Shown in pieces: positions 34,478 to 45,413 of a stretch of DNA of 64,000 bases; positions within the stretch are counted from its first letter, which is position 1, and every line of letters starts with the position of its first letter. The translations under genes and the position numbers were made by a program. The notes under the pieces were generated by a model. That model saw only the letters and a program-made list of their open reading frames with translations, was not told where the DNA came from and made no database searches. The stretch is from Elusimicrobiota bacterium (GTDB taxonomy: Bacteria > CG03 > SLGR01 > JAFGSA01), in the NCBI GenBank assembly GCA_016934855.1, contig JAFGSA010000025.1, positions 231 to 64,230 of the forward strand, read 5' to 3'.

Positions 34478-35490
34478 TGATATTCCTGATCCTGCTGTTT
34501 GCCGTATCCGTTGTCTTGTCGCTGGCCGTCACTGGGATATATTACAGGCTCGCAGGCAAAATAGGGCTCTATGACATACCTGACGGTACGCTCAAGGACC
34601 ATGCCAGGCCGGTACCGTACGCCGGGTCTTCTATTGTTCTAGCTTTTATTATAATTGTCCTGGGACTAAGAATATTCACTCATTTCGAGACGGGTACTCT
34701 CCATCAGCTCAGGGGTATTTTCTTCGGCGGCCTGGTCGTTTACGTGCTTGGGCTGCTCGATGATATATTTAACCTGGATTTCAGGGTAAAATTTTTCTGG
34801 CAGATAATCGCCGCGGTCATTCTCATCCATTACGGGATATACATAAAAATGTTTCCGAATATGATAGTCAACGTAACACTCAGCATATTCTGGCTGGTCC
34901 TGGTGGTTAACGCAGTCAATATAATAGATATCCTCGACGGGCTGGCGGTGGGAGTGTCCGCCATAAGCGCGCTGGGATTTTTTATGATAACGCTTCCTAC
35001 GGAAATGCTTTATGTGAACCTGGCGTCTATAATACTCTGCGGGATACTCGTAGGGTTCTGGTTCTTCAATAAGCCGCCCGCAAAAGTGTTCATGGGCGAT
35101 GCTGGCAGCCTTTTCGTAGGTTTTATACTGGCTTCGCTTTCAATGGGCGCCGATTACAGCAATATAAACATGATCGGGCTGTTTTCTCCTCTTTTGATAA
35201 TGGGTATACCGCTGTTCGATACTACACTCGTAAGCTGCCTCAGGCTCAAGAACAGGCAGCCTGTGTTCCGCGGTTCCAAGGACCATTATGCGCTAAGGCT
35301 CACTATAGCCGGGTTTTCGCCCTGGCAGATAGACATCATATCCTACGCCATATCCGTGTTCCTGACATCGGCCGCCTTTATCATGACGATAGTTTCCGAT
35401 CAGTACGCGTTCCTGATTATGGTCGCGGTTTTCCTGCTCAGCATGGTGGGAAGCAGTATGCTGAGCAACATCGATGTCAAAGAAAAATGA
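34477..35490 (+). CDS. Polyprenyl-phosphate HexNAc-1-phosphate transferase (MraY/WecA family), initiating transferase
   Basis: Motifs NAVNIIDILDGLAVG and FMGDAGSLFVGF, with about 10 TM segments. The start overlaps the upstream stop (TGATG). Confidence 0.85.
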   Translation: MIFLILLFAVSVVLSLAVTGIYYRLAGKIGLYDIPDGTLKDHARPVPYAGSSIVLAFIIIVLGLRIFTHFETGTLHQLRGIFFGGLVVYVLGLLDDIFNLDFRVKFFWQIIAAVILIHYGIYIKMFPNMIVNVTLSIFWLVLVVNAVNIIDILDGLAVGVSAISALGFFMITLPTEMLYVNLASIILCGILVGFWFFNKPPAKVFMGDAGSLFVGFILASLSMGADYSNINMIGLFSPLLIMGIPLFDTTLVSCLRLKNRQPVFRGSKDHYALRLTIAGFSPWQIDIISYAISVFLTSAAFIMTIVSDQYAFLIMVAVFLLSMVGSSMLSNIDVKEK

Positions 35491-36800
35491 AAATCGCGGT
35501 AATCGGCGCCGGCCTTACAGGGCTTAGCGCGGCAGAAAAGCTTAAAAACGGCGCGGAGGTAACTGTTTTCGAAAAAACAGGCCGCGCCGGCGGACTTGCC
35601 GCGACTATCGAACACCGGGGTTTCCGGCATGATTATACCGGGCATTTCCTGCATTTCAAGGATCAGGACGTCAAGAACAGGATCCTTTCCTTATTCGACG
35701 ACGGGTCCCTCCTGGAAATCGAGAGAAAATCCTATATTTACTCCCACGGGTGCTATGTTCCCTATCCGTTCCAGGCCCATACCCACTACCTGCCGGAGGA
35801 AGTCAGGAGGGAATGCCTCGTGGGGTTCCTGGAAAACCTGAAGTCTGAAGATGCCGGTGTGCCGGGGAGTTTCTATGACTGGATGAACAGCCAGTACGGT
35901 CAGGGCATTGTAAAATACTTCATGCTTCCCTATAACAGGAAGATGTGGGCGGTCCATCCGTAAAATATCACTACGGAGTGGATGGGACGTTTCGTGCCGA
36001 GACCGTCTGCCGAAGAGATAATAGCCGGAACGGTCGGCGCGGGCACCGCGGGTTCGGGGTATAACGCAGTTTTCCATTACCCGGAGGGAGGCATAGGCGG
36101 GCTTGCGGACAGGATGCATGCGGGCCTGATGGGCTTGGTGCGTATGAACACGCAGGTGAAAAGGGTCAACTGGAAGGATAAGATTGTAATAACGGATAAG
36201 GGCGAATACGGATACGATAAACTCATCAACACATCTCCTCTGGGGGAATTCGTCTCGGATATACTGGAACCTGCCGACAGCAAGCTGGTCGAAAATGCGG
36301 GAAAACTGAGACACACCGCGGTCCTTTTTTTCAGCGCGGGCTGGAAGGGCGGCGAGGGTGCCGGTTTGCCTGAAGGCTGTCACTGGATATATTTTCCCGA
36401 AGAGAGGTTCAGGTTCTACAGGGTAGGATTTCAGTCCAACGTGTCGAAGAAAACCGTACCCGAAGGATTCAGCTCCTGCTATATAGAGATATCGTATCCC
36501 CCGGGGAAGCTGCCTGAAAAAGACCGTATCGCCGGCATAGGGGAAGAAGCCATAGCGCAGCTTAAGCAAGAAAAGATAATACCTCCTTCGGCGCAGATGG
36601 ATCACATACTCCCGGGGTATATGGATCCGGCTTACGTTCTATACGACAGCAACTGGTCAAAAGCAAGAAGTCACATACTCGGCAGCCTGAAGAAAAAGGG
36701 TATTCTTTCGGGCGGAAGGTACGGCGGATGGGAATACTCGGCGATGGAGGAAGCGGTGAAATGGGGGTGGGAGCTGGCAGAGCAATGCCTGTCCGGATAG
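35487..36800 (+). pseudogene. FAD/NAD(P)-binding oxidoreductase (amine-oxidase/UDP-galactopyranose-mutase-like) interrupted by one in-frame TAA at 35961-35963
   Basis: The listed ORFs 35487-35963 and 35982-36800 are in the same frame. Read across, the junction is YNRKMWAVHP*NITTEWMGRFVPRPS, so it looks like one protein of about 437 aa. The N-terminus is IAVIGAGLTGLSAAEKL...GRAGGLA. It could instead be two expressed pieces or an assembly error. Confidence 0.55.
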
Positions 36801-37951
36801 TACATACCATAACAAAGCTCGAACTAGGCGGTGCACAGCAGAATACGCTGTATACTCTTAGTAATCTTCCTGAAGGTTTCAGCGGCTACCTGGTCTGCGG
36901 AGAAGGCGGATATCTTGATAAATCAGCGGAAGAGCCGGGTAAAAAATATGATATAAGATTCTGTCCTTATCTGAAAAGGGAAATAAACCCGGTAAATGAC
37001 TTTAAAGCTTATAGATGGATGGTCAGTTATTTCAGGGAGATAAAACCCGATATCGTTCATTCCCATTCATCAAAAGCCGGTATAATATCCCGCTGGGCGG
37101 CGAAAAAAGCCGGCGTTCCGGTGATAATCCATACATTTCACGGGTTCGGATTTACGCCGCTTCAGCCGTGGTTTATCCGGAAATTTTTTATCTGGCTGGA
37201 AAAAATCACTGCAAAAATATCCACAAAACTTATAACAGTCGCACATGCGAATATTGAAAAAGCTCTTGATAACGGAATCGGGGAGAGAGAGCAGTATGTG
37301 GTTGTAAGAAGCGGCATCGACCTGGAAGCGTATAAGGATGCGCAGTCAAGGAGAGGAACGGATTCTTCGGACAAATCATTTTTCGGATTCGGGCCGGAAA
37401 TAAGGAAAGTAGTGGGGAATATATCGTGTTTCAAGCCTCAGAAAGGACTGCGTGATTTCGTAGACGCCTGCGGCAGGCTTGCGGCGATAAACAAGAATAT
37501 CGGGTTCGTGCTGGTGGGGGACGGCAGGCAGCGGCGGGAACTGGAGGAAAGAGCGGCAGCGCGCGGGCTGAAAGATAATTTCAGGATGTTGGGTTGGCGG
37601 TCGGACATGGCTGATATAATCTGCGGATTCGACGTAATGCTCCACACGGCGTATTTCGAGGGGCTGCCCAGGGTATTCCTGGAAGCCATGGCCTGCGGCG
37701 TGCCCATAGTAGCTACCGATGTTGACGGAGCGGAAGATGTCATAACACACGGAGAGAACGGTTATCTTGTCAGAACAGGCGATATCAGTGCTATGGTTGA
37801 CTTTACATATATAATATTACAAGATGATACAATAATGAGGAAAATGTCTTTATCTGGAAGGGAAAAACTCGGACCGGAATTCAGCATAAAAGTGATGTCC
37901 GAGACACTTAACAGGTTGTATGACGATATGGTCAAAGGAAAGGTAAAATGA
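36785..37951 (+). CDS. Glycosyltransferase family 4 (GT-B)
   Basis: Signature EGLPRVFLEAMACGVPIVATDVDG and N-terminal RIVHTITKLELGGAQQ. The ATG at 36785 overlaps the upstream stop by 16 nt. Confidence 0.85.
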   Translation: MPVRIVHTITKLELGGAQQNTLYTLSNLPEGFSGYLVCGEGGYLDKSAEEPGKKYDIRFCPYLKREINPVNDFKAYRWMVSYFREIKPDIVHSHSSKAGIISRWAAKKAGVPVIIHTFHGFGFTPLQPWFIRKFFIWLEKITAKISTKLITVAHANIEKALDNGIGEREQYVVVRSGIDLEAYKDAQSRRGTDSSDKSFFGFGPEIRKVVGNISCFKPQKGLRDFVDACGRLAAINKNIGFVLVGDGRQRRELEERAAARGLKDNFRMLGWRSDMADIICGFDVMLHTAYFEGLPRVFLEAMACGVPIVATDVDGAEDVITHGENGYLVRTGDISAMVDFTYIILQDDTIMRKMSLSGREKLGPEFSIKVMSETLNRLYDDMVKGKVK

Positions 37952-39690
37952 GTAAAAAAGAACCGAATTTATATAGAGATATATTCCCGTACAGCAGCGT
38001 GCCGTACATAACGTTCGACAAGGAAGCCGCTAAGATGAATATGCCTGAAAACATATGGCTGACCGACACCACTTTCAGGGACGGGCAGCAGGCCAGGGCC
38101 CCGTATACGGTAAACCAGGTGGTGGACCTGTTTACTTTCCTGCACAGGCTTGGCGGGCCAAAGGGCATCATCAGGTTCAGCGAATTCTTCCTTTACAGCA
38201 ATAAGGACAGGGACGCCGTAAGAAGGTGCCAGGACAAAGGTTACAAGTACCCCATAATAACCGGGTGGATAAGGGCTACGAAAAACGATTTCAAGCTTGT
38301 AAAACAGATGGACCTGAAGGAAACAGGCATACTAACCTCCTGCTCCGATTACCATATCCATCTTAAACTGAACATAGACAGGAAGAAGGCAATGGATAAG
38401 TACCTGGAAGTAGTTGACGCGGCACTGGAGAACGATATCATACCGAGGTGCCACCTGGAGGATATAACGCGCGCCGATTTCAAAGGGTTTGTTATCCCGT
38501 TTGTCAGGAAACTCATGGAAAGATCCGAAGAAAGCGGTATCCCCGTTAAGATAAGGGCTTGCGATACCCTGGGTTACGGAGTGCCTCATCCGCAGGCGTC
38601 TCTTCCAAGGTCGGTACCCAAGATAATAAGCACGCTGGCAAAGGAGTGCCAGGTGCCGTCCGAGAATCTGGAGTGGCACGGCCATAACGATTTTCATAAT
38701 GTAGCCATTAACGGTTTCTGCGCTTGGCTGTACGGCGCGTCCGCCGTGAATGCCACTTTGCTCGGATACGGCGAGCGTACGGGAAATCCCCCGATAGAGG
38801 CTATGGTTATTCATTACATGAGTCTAAAAAAGACGAATGACGGTATGAATACCAAGGTGATAACCGAAGTCGCTGATTATTACCGGAAAGAACTATCCGA
38901 GATAATCCCGCAGTCATACCCGTTCGTCGGGAGCGAGTTCAATACGACTAGGGCCGGTATACACGCGGACGGGCTTATCAAGAACGAAGAGATATATAAT
39001 ATTTTCGATACGAAGAAGATACTCAATAGGCCCATGAACATCGCTATAACCGACAAGTCCGGGACGGCCGGCATAGCCCTCTGGATAAACAATTTCATGA
39101 AGCTTCCGGATAAGAAAAAAATAGACAAGAACGACGAGGCCGTGAAGAAGATGTACGGCGTGATCATGGACCAGTATAACAACGGCCGCATCACGGCCCT
39201 GTCAAACGAAGAGATGAAGCTCCTGGCGAAGGAATACCTGCCCAGGATATCCGAATCGGAGTTCGAAAAGCTCAAGAAGAAAGCCGGGCAGCTTGCGCTG
39301 CATATCGTGGATGAACTGGCGGAACGGGAAACGATACGTTCGATGGATTCCGAGAAGCAGGAACTCGAGATGGAAAACATGAGAAAGAAGCACGATTTTA
39401 TCCAGTTCATGTATGTGGTAGACAGGAAGGGCGTCAAGGTCACAAGGAATATAATAAACCCCGAGTATTCTACTGACTTCGAGAGGAAGGATGTCGGGGT
39501 GGTATATTCGGACAGGGCGTGGTTCAACAAGCCTCTCGAAACAGGTTTATCGTTCGTATCGGATTTTTATATCTCGAGGATGACGGACCGGCTCTGCATC
39601 ACGGTCTCCGCTCCCATAAGGGACAAGAAAGACAGGATAATCGGGGTTGTCGGGATAGATATAAGTTTCGAGGATCTGGCAAGGATATAG
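37948..39690 (+). CDS. Isopropylmalate/homocitrate-synthase-family (DRE-TIM) enzyme, Re-citrate-synthase-like, with a C-terminal Cache/PDC-like domain
   Basis: Core motifs are LTDTTFRDGQQA, HLEDITRAD, EWHGHNDFH and GYGERTGN. The C-terminal roughly 110 aa read YSDRAWFNKPLETGLSFVSDFYISRMTDRLCITVSAPIRDKKDRIIGVVGIDISFEDL, which is Cache-like. It is followed by mdh, acn and icd. Confidence 0.7.
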   Translation: MSKKEPNLYRDIFPYSSVPYITFDKEAAKMNMPENIWLTDTTFRDGQQARAPYTVNQVVDLFTFLHRLGGPKGIIRFSEFFLYSNKDRDAVRRCQDKGYKYPIITGWIRATKNDFKLVKQMDLKETGILTSCSDYHIHLKLNIDRKKAMDKYLEVVDAALENDIIPRCHLEDITRADFKGFVIPFVRKLMERSEESGIPVKIRACDTLGYGVPHPQASLPRSVPKIISTLAKECQVPSENLEWHGHNDFHNVAINGFCAWLYGASAVNATLLGYGERTGNPPIEAMVIHYMSLKKTNDGMNTKVITEVADYYRKELSEIIPQSYPFVGSEFNTTRAGIHADGLIKNEEIYNIFDTKKILNRPMNIAITDKSGTAGIALWINNFMKLPDKKKIDKNDEAVKKMYGVIMDQYNNGRITALSNEEMKLLAKEYLPRISESEFEKLKKKAGQLALHIVDELAERETIRSMDSEKQELEMENMRKKHDFIQFMYVVDRKGVKVTRNIINPEYSTDFERKDVGVVYSDRAWFNKPLETGLSFVSDFYISRMTDRLCITVSAPIRDKKDRIIGVVGIDISFEDLARI

Positions 39691-39694
39691 ACCG

Positions 39695-40603
39695 GTGAGG
39701 ATAAGCGTAATAGGCGCGGGGGCGGTAGGGGGACAGGTCGCGTTCAGCCTGGCCGTCCGCGGGTATGAAGTGCGCCTGCTGGACATAGCCGAAGGCCTGG
39801 CAGAAGGCAAGGCGCTTGATATAATGGAGTCCGCGCCGCTTTACGGTTTCACGGGCAGTGTCAGGGGCAGTACGGATATGGGACTGCTGGCAGGTTCGGA
39901 TATAACAGTCGTTACCGCGGGTAAAGCAAGGCAGCCGGGGATGTCCAGGGAAGACCTGCTGAAGATAAACGCGAAGATAGCCAGAAGCGTGGCCGGCGAA
40001 ATCAAAAAGCGCGCGTCCGGTACCATAATCATAGCGGTGACGAACCCGCTTGATATCATGACAAAGCTCATTTTCGACGAAACCGGGTTCGATTCAGAGA
40101 AAGTGATGGGGATGGCAGGAGTGCTGGACACCTCCAGGTACAAATATTTCATATCTCAGGTCACGGGTTCGCCGTACGGCAAGATAGACGCGATGATACT
40201 CGGTCCGCACGGGGACCGGATGATCGTATGCGACGATGTCAGGGTTTCGGGCAGGCCCCTGTCGGAATTAGTGGACCCGCAGGCGCTTGGAGCCCTCAGG
40301 GAACGCGCTAAGAACGGCGGAAAAGAAGTCGTCGAGCTCCTCAAAACTTCCAGCGCCTTTATAGCGCCCGCAGCGTCCGTCACCCGGATGGTGGACGCTA
40401 TCTCCGGAGATACCGGAGAAGTCATGCCGTGCAGCGTACGCACCCTGGGAAAATACGGGCTCCCGGACGTTTTCATAGGACTTCCCGCGCGGCTCGGCCG
40501 CCGCGGAGTCGAAGAGGTAATCGAAAAGGAACTCACCGAGGACGAGATAAAAGGTCTCGCAGCCGCTGCGGAACAGATACTCAGCAGCCTGCAGGGATTA
40601 TGA
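39695..40603 (+). CDS. mdh: Malate dehydrogenase (LDH-like family)
   Basis: Motifs ISVIGAGAVGG, substrate-specificity Arg in GKARQPGMSREDLL, NPLDIMT and GPHGD. GTG start. Confidence 0.88.
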   Translation: MRISVIGAGAVGGQVAFSLAVRGYEVRLLDIAEGLAEGKALDIMESAPLYGFTGSVRGSTDMGLLAGSDITVVTAGKARQPGMSREDLLKINAKIARSVAGEIKKRASGTIIIAVTNPLDIMTKLIFDETGFDSEKVMGMAGVLDTSRYKYFISQVTGSPYGKIDAMILGPHGDRMIVCDDVRVSGRPLSELVDPQALGALRERAKNGGKEVVELLKTSSAFIAPAASVTRMVDAISGDTGEVMPCSVRTLGKYGLPDVFIGLPARLGRRGVEEVIEKELTEDEIKGLAAAAEQILSSLQGL

Positions 40604-40619
40604 GCAGGCTCTTATTCGC

Positions 40620-42560
40620 ATGAATATTATAGAAAAAATACTGGAACCGCATATAGTGGAAAGAAATACTGCCGAAGGAGAACTCGGCATCAGGATAGAC
40701 CAGACCCTCACTCAGGATGCTACCGGAACGATGGCTTACCTGGAATTCGAGGCAGTCGGTCTGGACGATATCAGTACGGAGCTTTCGGTCAGTTACGTTG
40801 ACCATAACACCCTCCAGGTAGGGTTCGAGAACGCCGATGACCATAAATACCTGGAGACGGTCGCGGCAAGGTACGGTCTGTATTTTTCCAAAGCCGGCAA
40901 CGGCATATGCCACCAGGTACATCTGGAGCGGTTTGCGGTTCCCGGCAAGACCCTGCTCGGGTCGGATTCTCATACGCCCACTGCGGGTGGCATCTGTTCT
41001 TTTGCCGTCGGTGCCGGCGGACTGGATGTGGCGTGCGCCCTCGGCGGGGAACCTTTCTATATGCCGGTGCCAAGAGTGATAAAGATCACCCTGGACGGAA
41101 AGAGACCGGATTTTGTTTCGGCCAAAGACATAATACTCAAAATACTGGGTATCCTGACTACAAAGGGTAATTCGGGTTATGTGATAGAATATGCCGGCAG
41201 CGGGATCGGGGGGTTGTCCGTCCCCGAAAGGGCCACAATCGCGAACATGGGCGCGGAACTGGGCGTCACTACTTCCGTATTCCCTTCGGACAAGGTAACT
41301 ATGGAGTTTATGAGGGCGCAGGGGAGAGAAAAGGATTTCAGGGAGATTACGGCTGATGCCGGCGCTGTTTATGAAAAGGAGATAGATATAGACCTTGGCG
41401 GGCTGAAACCGATGGCTGCTCTTCCCCATTCTCCGGATAATGTCAGCGAGGTCGAAAAAATAGAAGGGATCAGGGTAAACCAGGTCCTTATAGGCAGCTG
41501 CACCAACAGTTCATACAAGGATCTTTACACGGTATCGAGACTTCTTAAGGGGAAAAAGGCCGCCCCGGGCGTATCTTTCGCGGTGGCTCCCGGGTCCAGG
41601 CAGGTTCTGGAGATGCTTTCGAGGGGCGGGTTTCTGTCCGATATAATATCTTCGGGCGCCAGGCTGCTGGAATCTTCGTGCGGTTTCTGCATAGGAATAG
41701 GGCAGTCGCCCGGGACGGACGCCGTGAGCCTCAGGACCAACAACCGTAATTTTCTGGGCCGAAGCGGCACGATGAGTGCGGGCGTTTATCTGGTGAGCCC
41801 CGAGACGGCGGTCGCGTCGGCGCTCACGGGCAGGATCACCGATCCCTCAAAATACTTCGGAAAAGGTATCGCATTCAGATCCCCGAAAAAATTCATAGCG
41901 GACGATTCTCTTGTCATCAGTCCGCCGCCCCGGGAAGAACGGCAGAAGGTAAGGGTAGTCAAAGGGCCGAACATAGGACCGCCTCCCGAGAATTCGCCTT
42001 TGGAGAAGGATCTTAAAGCGCGGGCGGCCATAAAGGTAGGAGACAAGGTCACGACCGATCATATCATGCCGGCGGGCCAGTACCTGAAATACAGGTCCAA
42101 TATCGGGAAATATTCGGAATACGTCTTTGCGGGACTGGACAGCGGGTTTTCCGGGAGGTGCGCCGATAACCGGTCGGCCGGTTTCGCGAATATAATAATC
42201 GGAGGGGAGAGCTACGGCCAGGGGTCAAGCCGGGAGCATGCCGCTATCTGCCCTATGTTCCTGGGTGTGAAAGCTGTGATAGTAAAAAGCATAGAACGCA
42301 TTCACCGCGCTAATCTGATAAATTTCGGCATAGCCCCTCTTATATTCGATGACAGGGCGGACTACGACAGGATACAGCCGGGTGACCATCTCGAATGTGC
42401 CGGTTTCGCCGAAAAGATCACGGGGCCCGGGACCATCGAGCTGGAGAACAGGACCCGCAGCGAAAAATACCTGTTGAGAAAAGATTTCTCCGCGAGGGAG
42501 GCCGGATACCTGGCCGCCGGAGGAAAGCTTAATACATTGAGGAAAAAAACACGGGATTAA
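40620..42560 (+). CDS. acn: Aconitate hydratase (about 645-aa fused large+small domain type)
   Basis: Motifs [17 protein letters not shown], Fe-S ligand contexts GSCTNSS and ESSCGFCIG, and swivel-domain [14 protein letters not shown]. Confidence 0.88.
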   Translation: MNIIEKILEPHIVERNTAEGELGIRIDQTLTQDATGTMAYLEFEAVGLDDISTELSVSYVDHNTLQVGFENADDHKYLETVAARYGLYFSKAGNGICHQVHLERFAVPGKTLLGSDSHTPTAGGICSFAVGAGGLDVACALGGEPFYMPVPRVIKITLDGKRPDFVSAKDIILKILGILTTKGNSGYVIEYAGSGIGGLSVPERATIANMGAELGVTTSVFPSDKVTMEFMRAQGREKDFREITADAGAVYEKEIDIDLGGLKPMAALPHSPDNVSEVEKIEGIRVNQVLIGSCTNSSYKDLYTVSRLLKGKKAAPGVSFAVAPGSRQVLEMLSRGGFLSDIISSGARLLESSCGFCIGIGQSPGTDAVSLRTNNRNFLGRSGTMSAGVYLVSPETAVASALTGRITDPSKYFGKGIAFRSPKKFIADDSLVISPPPREERQKVRVVKGPNIGPPPENSPLEKDLKARAAIKVGDKVTTDHIMPAGQYLKYRSNIGKYSEYVFAGLDSGFSGRCADNRSAGFANIIIGGESYGQGSSREHAAICPMFLGVKAVIVKSIERIHRANLINFGIAPLIFDDRADYDRIQPGDHLECAGFAEKITGPGTIELENRTRSEKYLLRKDFSAREAGYLAAGGKLNTLRKKTRD

Positions 42561-42579
42561 TCTTCAGGAAGGAGCACAG

Positions 42580-43665
42580 GTGGCAAAAAAATACGATATA
42601 ACGCTCATACCGGGCGACGGCACCGGTCCGGAAGTATCCGAGGCCGCGAGGATCTGCATTGAAGCTTCCGGCGTCGATATAAACTGGGATATACAGCATG
42701 CAGGAACGGATATAATCGAGGAAGCGGGCACGCCTCTGCCCGACTCGGTAATAGAGTCCATAAGGAAAAACAGGGTGGCTATAAAGGGGCCTATAACGAC
42801 GCCCGTGGGATACGGTTTCAGGAGCGTAAATGTATCGCTTAGAAAACAACTGGATCTTTACGCCTGCGTGAGGCCAAGCAGGTATTATGAAGGAGTGAAA
42901 GCCCCTTACAGGGACGTCGATCTTGTCGTTATAAGGGAGAACACGGAAGATCTGTACGCCGGCATAGAATACGAAAACGGCTCGGCGGAAGCCGGGGAGC
43001 TCCTGGAGTTCATCCGCAAAAAGGGCGGCGTTGTAAGGGACGATTCGGGGATAAGCATAAAGCCCATTTCCGTAACCGGTACGCGCAGGATCGTACAGTA
43101 CGCGTTCGATTACGCCAGGAAGTACGGGCGGAAGAAGGTGACGGCCGTTCATAAGGCTAATATAATGAAATTTACCGACGGGCTTTTTCTCAGGGTGGCA
43201 AGGGAAGTCGCGGAAAAGAACAAGGATATAGAATTCGAAGACAGGATAGTGGATAACATGACGATGCAGCTGGTGCAGAAACCGCTTCTTTATGACGTCC
43301 TGGTACTGCCTAACCTGTACGGAGATATAATATCGGATCTCTGCGCGGGGCTTACGGGCGGTCTGGGAATAGCTCCGGGGGCCAATATCGGGGAAGAATA
43401 TGCCGTTTTCGAACCTACGCACGGATCCGCGCCCAAGTATAAGGGGCAGAACAAGGTAAATCCGACGGCTACGATATTATCCGGCGTGATGATGCTCAGG
43501 TACCTGGGAGAACATGAAGCGGCTGACAGGCTGGATAAAGCAGTGGCAGCGGTTATCCGCCAGAAGAAGCACGTAACTTACGATCTCAAGGAAGACAGGG
43601 ACGACCCGACCGCGGTGGGGACGATGGAAATGGCTGAAGCCATATGCAGGAGGATGGAGGGCTGA
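42580..43665 (+). CDS. icd: Isocitrate dehydrogenase (beta-decarboxylating dehydrogenase family, NAD-IDH-like)
   Basis: Motifs [49 protein letters not shown] and HGSAP. GTG start with an AGGAAGGAG RBS. Confidence 0.82.
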   Translation: MAKKYDITLIPGDGTGPEVSEAARICIEASGVDINWDIQHAGTDIIEEAGTPLPDSVIESIRKNRVAIKGPITTPVGYGFRSVNVSLRKQLDLYACVRPSRYYEGVKAPYRDVDLVVIRENTEDLYAGIEYENGSAEAGELLEFIRKKGGVVRDDSGISIKPISVTGTRRIVQYAFDYARKYGRKKVTAVHKANIMKFTDGLFLRVAREVAEKNKDIEFEDRIVDNMTMQLVQKPLLYDVLVLPNLYGDIISDLCAGLTGGLGIAPGANIGEEYAVFEPTHGSAPKYKGQNKVNPTATILSGVMMLRYLGEHEAADRLDKAVAAVIRQKKHVTYDLKEDRDDPTAVGTMEMAEAICRRMEG

Positions 43666-43670
43666 TCTTT

Positions 43671-44462
43671 ATGGATGCGGCGCTTATCGAGAGGACTATA
43701 ACCGACGAAGCGGTCAGGGCTACATATATGCTTCCCTCCGGGCTCAGGCGCGCCATCGCAGACGCGGCGGGGAAGTCCAGCGGTCTCGAGAAAAAAGTTC
43801 TCGACAGCATAGTCCGAAATATCAGTATAGGGCAGAAGTGCCGAATACCTGTGTGCCAGGATACCGGAGTATTCGAAGTGTGGGTGAAAATAGGTTTAAG
43901 GAAGAGGGTCCCCTGCATCAATTTTTCAGCCATAGTAAGAAGGGCCGTGAGAAAAGCTCATGCCGAAGGCAAGCTCAGGGCTTCCATGAAGAAAAGCATC
44001 GAACCCGTCGTACACATAAGCTTTAACGATACCTGTTTTATCGAAATAATAATAACGCCGCGGGGATTCGGCAGCGAGAACTACAGCAGCCTTCACATGA
44101 TGAATCCCGAATCCGGCTTCGAAGATGTAAAGAGAACCGTTATAGAAGCAGTCGCGCGTGCCGGCGGACACCCGTGCCCTCCCTATCTGGTTGGAGTAGG
44201 TATAGGGGGGACGGCGTCGAAAGCTATCGAGATGTCGGGTGAAGCCCTGACTAGAATGGATTTCAGACATAGCGCGAAGGAAAAAGAGCTGCTTGCCGGC
44301 ATCAATTCTCTGAAGACCGGCGCGGGGGGTATGGGCGGCAGGTTCACGGCGCTGGGTGTCAGGATAGTCGAGTTTCCCCAGCATATAGCCGGCCTTGCCG
44401 TCGGGGTGCGCATCGGATGCTGGTGCAACAGGGTAAGGAGATTCAGAATTGAAATACCTTGA
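43671..44462 (+). CDS. Class I (Fe-S) fumarate hydratase, alpha (N-terminal domain) subunit
   Basis: CQDTG motif (RIPVCQDTGVFEV), GFGSEN and VGVGIGGT. The ATG at 43671 lies just after the icd stop. The listed 43644 start overlaps icd. Confidence 0.85.
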   Translation: MDAALIERTITDEAVRATYMLPSGLRRAIADAAGKSSGLEKKVLDSIVRNISIGQKCRIPVCQDTGVFEVWVKIGLRKRVPCINFSAIVRRAVRKAHAEGKLRASMKKSIEPVVHISFNDTCFIEIIITPRGFGSENYSSLHMMNPESGFEDVKRTVIEAVARAGGHPCPPYLVGVGIGGTASKAIEMSGEALTRMDFRHSAKEKELLAGINSLKTGAGGMGGRFTALGVRIVEFPQHIAGLAVGVRIGCWCNRVRRFRIEIP

Positions 44463-44970
44463 TTTTCCTCTGAAGAACCGGACCGCGACAGGGAAGCTTA
44501 AGGCTGGACAGGAGGTCATGCTGAGCGGGATAATATATACCGCCAGGGATAAAGTACATTCTCTGGTATCTGACGGAGACGGTGAATGGCCGTTCCCGCT
44601 GAAGGATAACTGCATATTTTATTCGGGACCTACTCCCAGGTCTGAAGGTTTTCCGCTCGGTTCCTGCGGTCCGACTACATCGGCCAGAATGGACGATTAT
44701 ACGCCGGGACTGTATAGAAAGGGTCTCGCGGCGACTATCGGTAAAGGGCCCAGGAGCGAAAAAGTCCGGGAAGCTATAAAACACAGCGGCGGACTGTATC
44801 TTGTGGCATACGGAGGCTGCGGTGCGCTGTACGGGAGCCGGGTGACCGGTGCACGGGTGATCGGTTTCGCCGGGCTGGGGCCCCAGGCGGTCTATAAAGT
44901 AAGTATAGAGGATTTTCCAGTTATCGTCGGAATCGATTCATACGGCGGCGATATTTTCAAAGAGGTATGA
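44449..44970 (+). CDS. Class I fumarate hydratase, beta (C-terminal domain) subunit
   Basis: Motifs LKAGQEVMLSGIIYTARDKVH and GPTTSARMD. The apparent TTG start overlaps the alpha-subunit stop. Confidence 0.8.
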   Translation: MKYLDFPLKNRTATGKLKAGQEVMLSGIIYTARDKVHSLVSDGDGEWPFPLKDNCIFYSGPTPRSEGFPLGSCGPTTSARMDDYTPGLYRKGLAATIGKGPRSEKVREAIKHSGGLYLVAYGGCGALYGSRVTGARVIGFAGLGPQAVYKVSIEDFPVIVGIDSYGGDIFKEV

Positions 44971-45413
44971 TGGAAAAAACTCTTATAATAATAAAAGCGG
45001 ATGCTTTCACTAAAAGACTTGTGGGAAAAGTAATATCGAAATTAGAGGATTCCGGGCTGAGGATACTGGGGGCGAAGATGATATGGTTCGACAAGGCCCT
45101 GGCGCGGGAGTTCTATATCGAGCACAAGAGTAAGGATTTCTATTATCCGCTGATTAACTTTATAACATCAAATCCCGTGATGGTGATGGTGGCCGGCGGT
45201 GAAAACGCGGTCACCGGGTCGCGAAAGATCATAGGGGCGACCGACCCGGCGCGGGCACGGGAAGGCACTATCAGGAGGATGTGGGCCCAGGACGGCAGGC
45301 ATAATATCGTTCACGGATCGGACTCGCCGGTTTCGGCGAAAAGGGAGATCAACCTGCTTTTCCCCGGTGAAGAAGGGATATATGAATGGGAGGACAAGGA
45401 ATACAGATTATGA
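44967..45413 (+). CDS. ndk: Nucleoside diphosphate kinase
   Basis: Motifs TLIIIKADAF and active-site NIVHGSDS. ATGA overlaps at both ends. Confidence 0.92.
   Translation: MMEKTLIIIKADAFTKRLVGKVISKLEDSGLRILGAKMIWFDKALAREFYIEHKSKDFYYPLINFITSNPVMVMVAGGENAVTGSRKIIGATDPARAREGTIRRMWAQDGRHNIVHGSDSPVSAKREINLLFPGEEGIYEWEDKEYRL

Noticed and set aside
35961-35963. Possibility that the in-frame TAA reflects an alternative genetic code or programmed recoding.
   Set aside because: TAA, TGA and TAG all terminate many well-delimited genes in this window at the expected protein lengths. The TAA-A context is a strong terminator. A nonsense mutation, a split gene or a sequence error is more likely, and this is reported as a finding.
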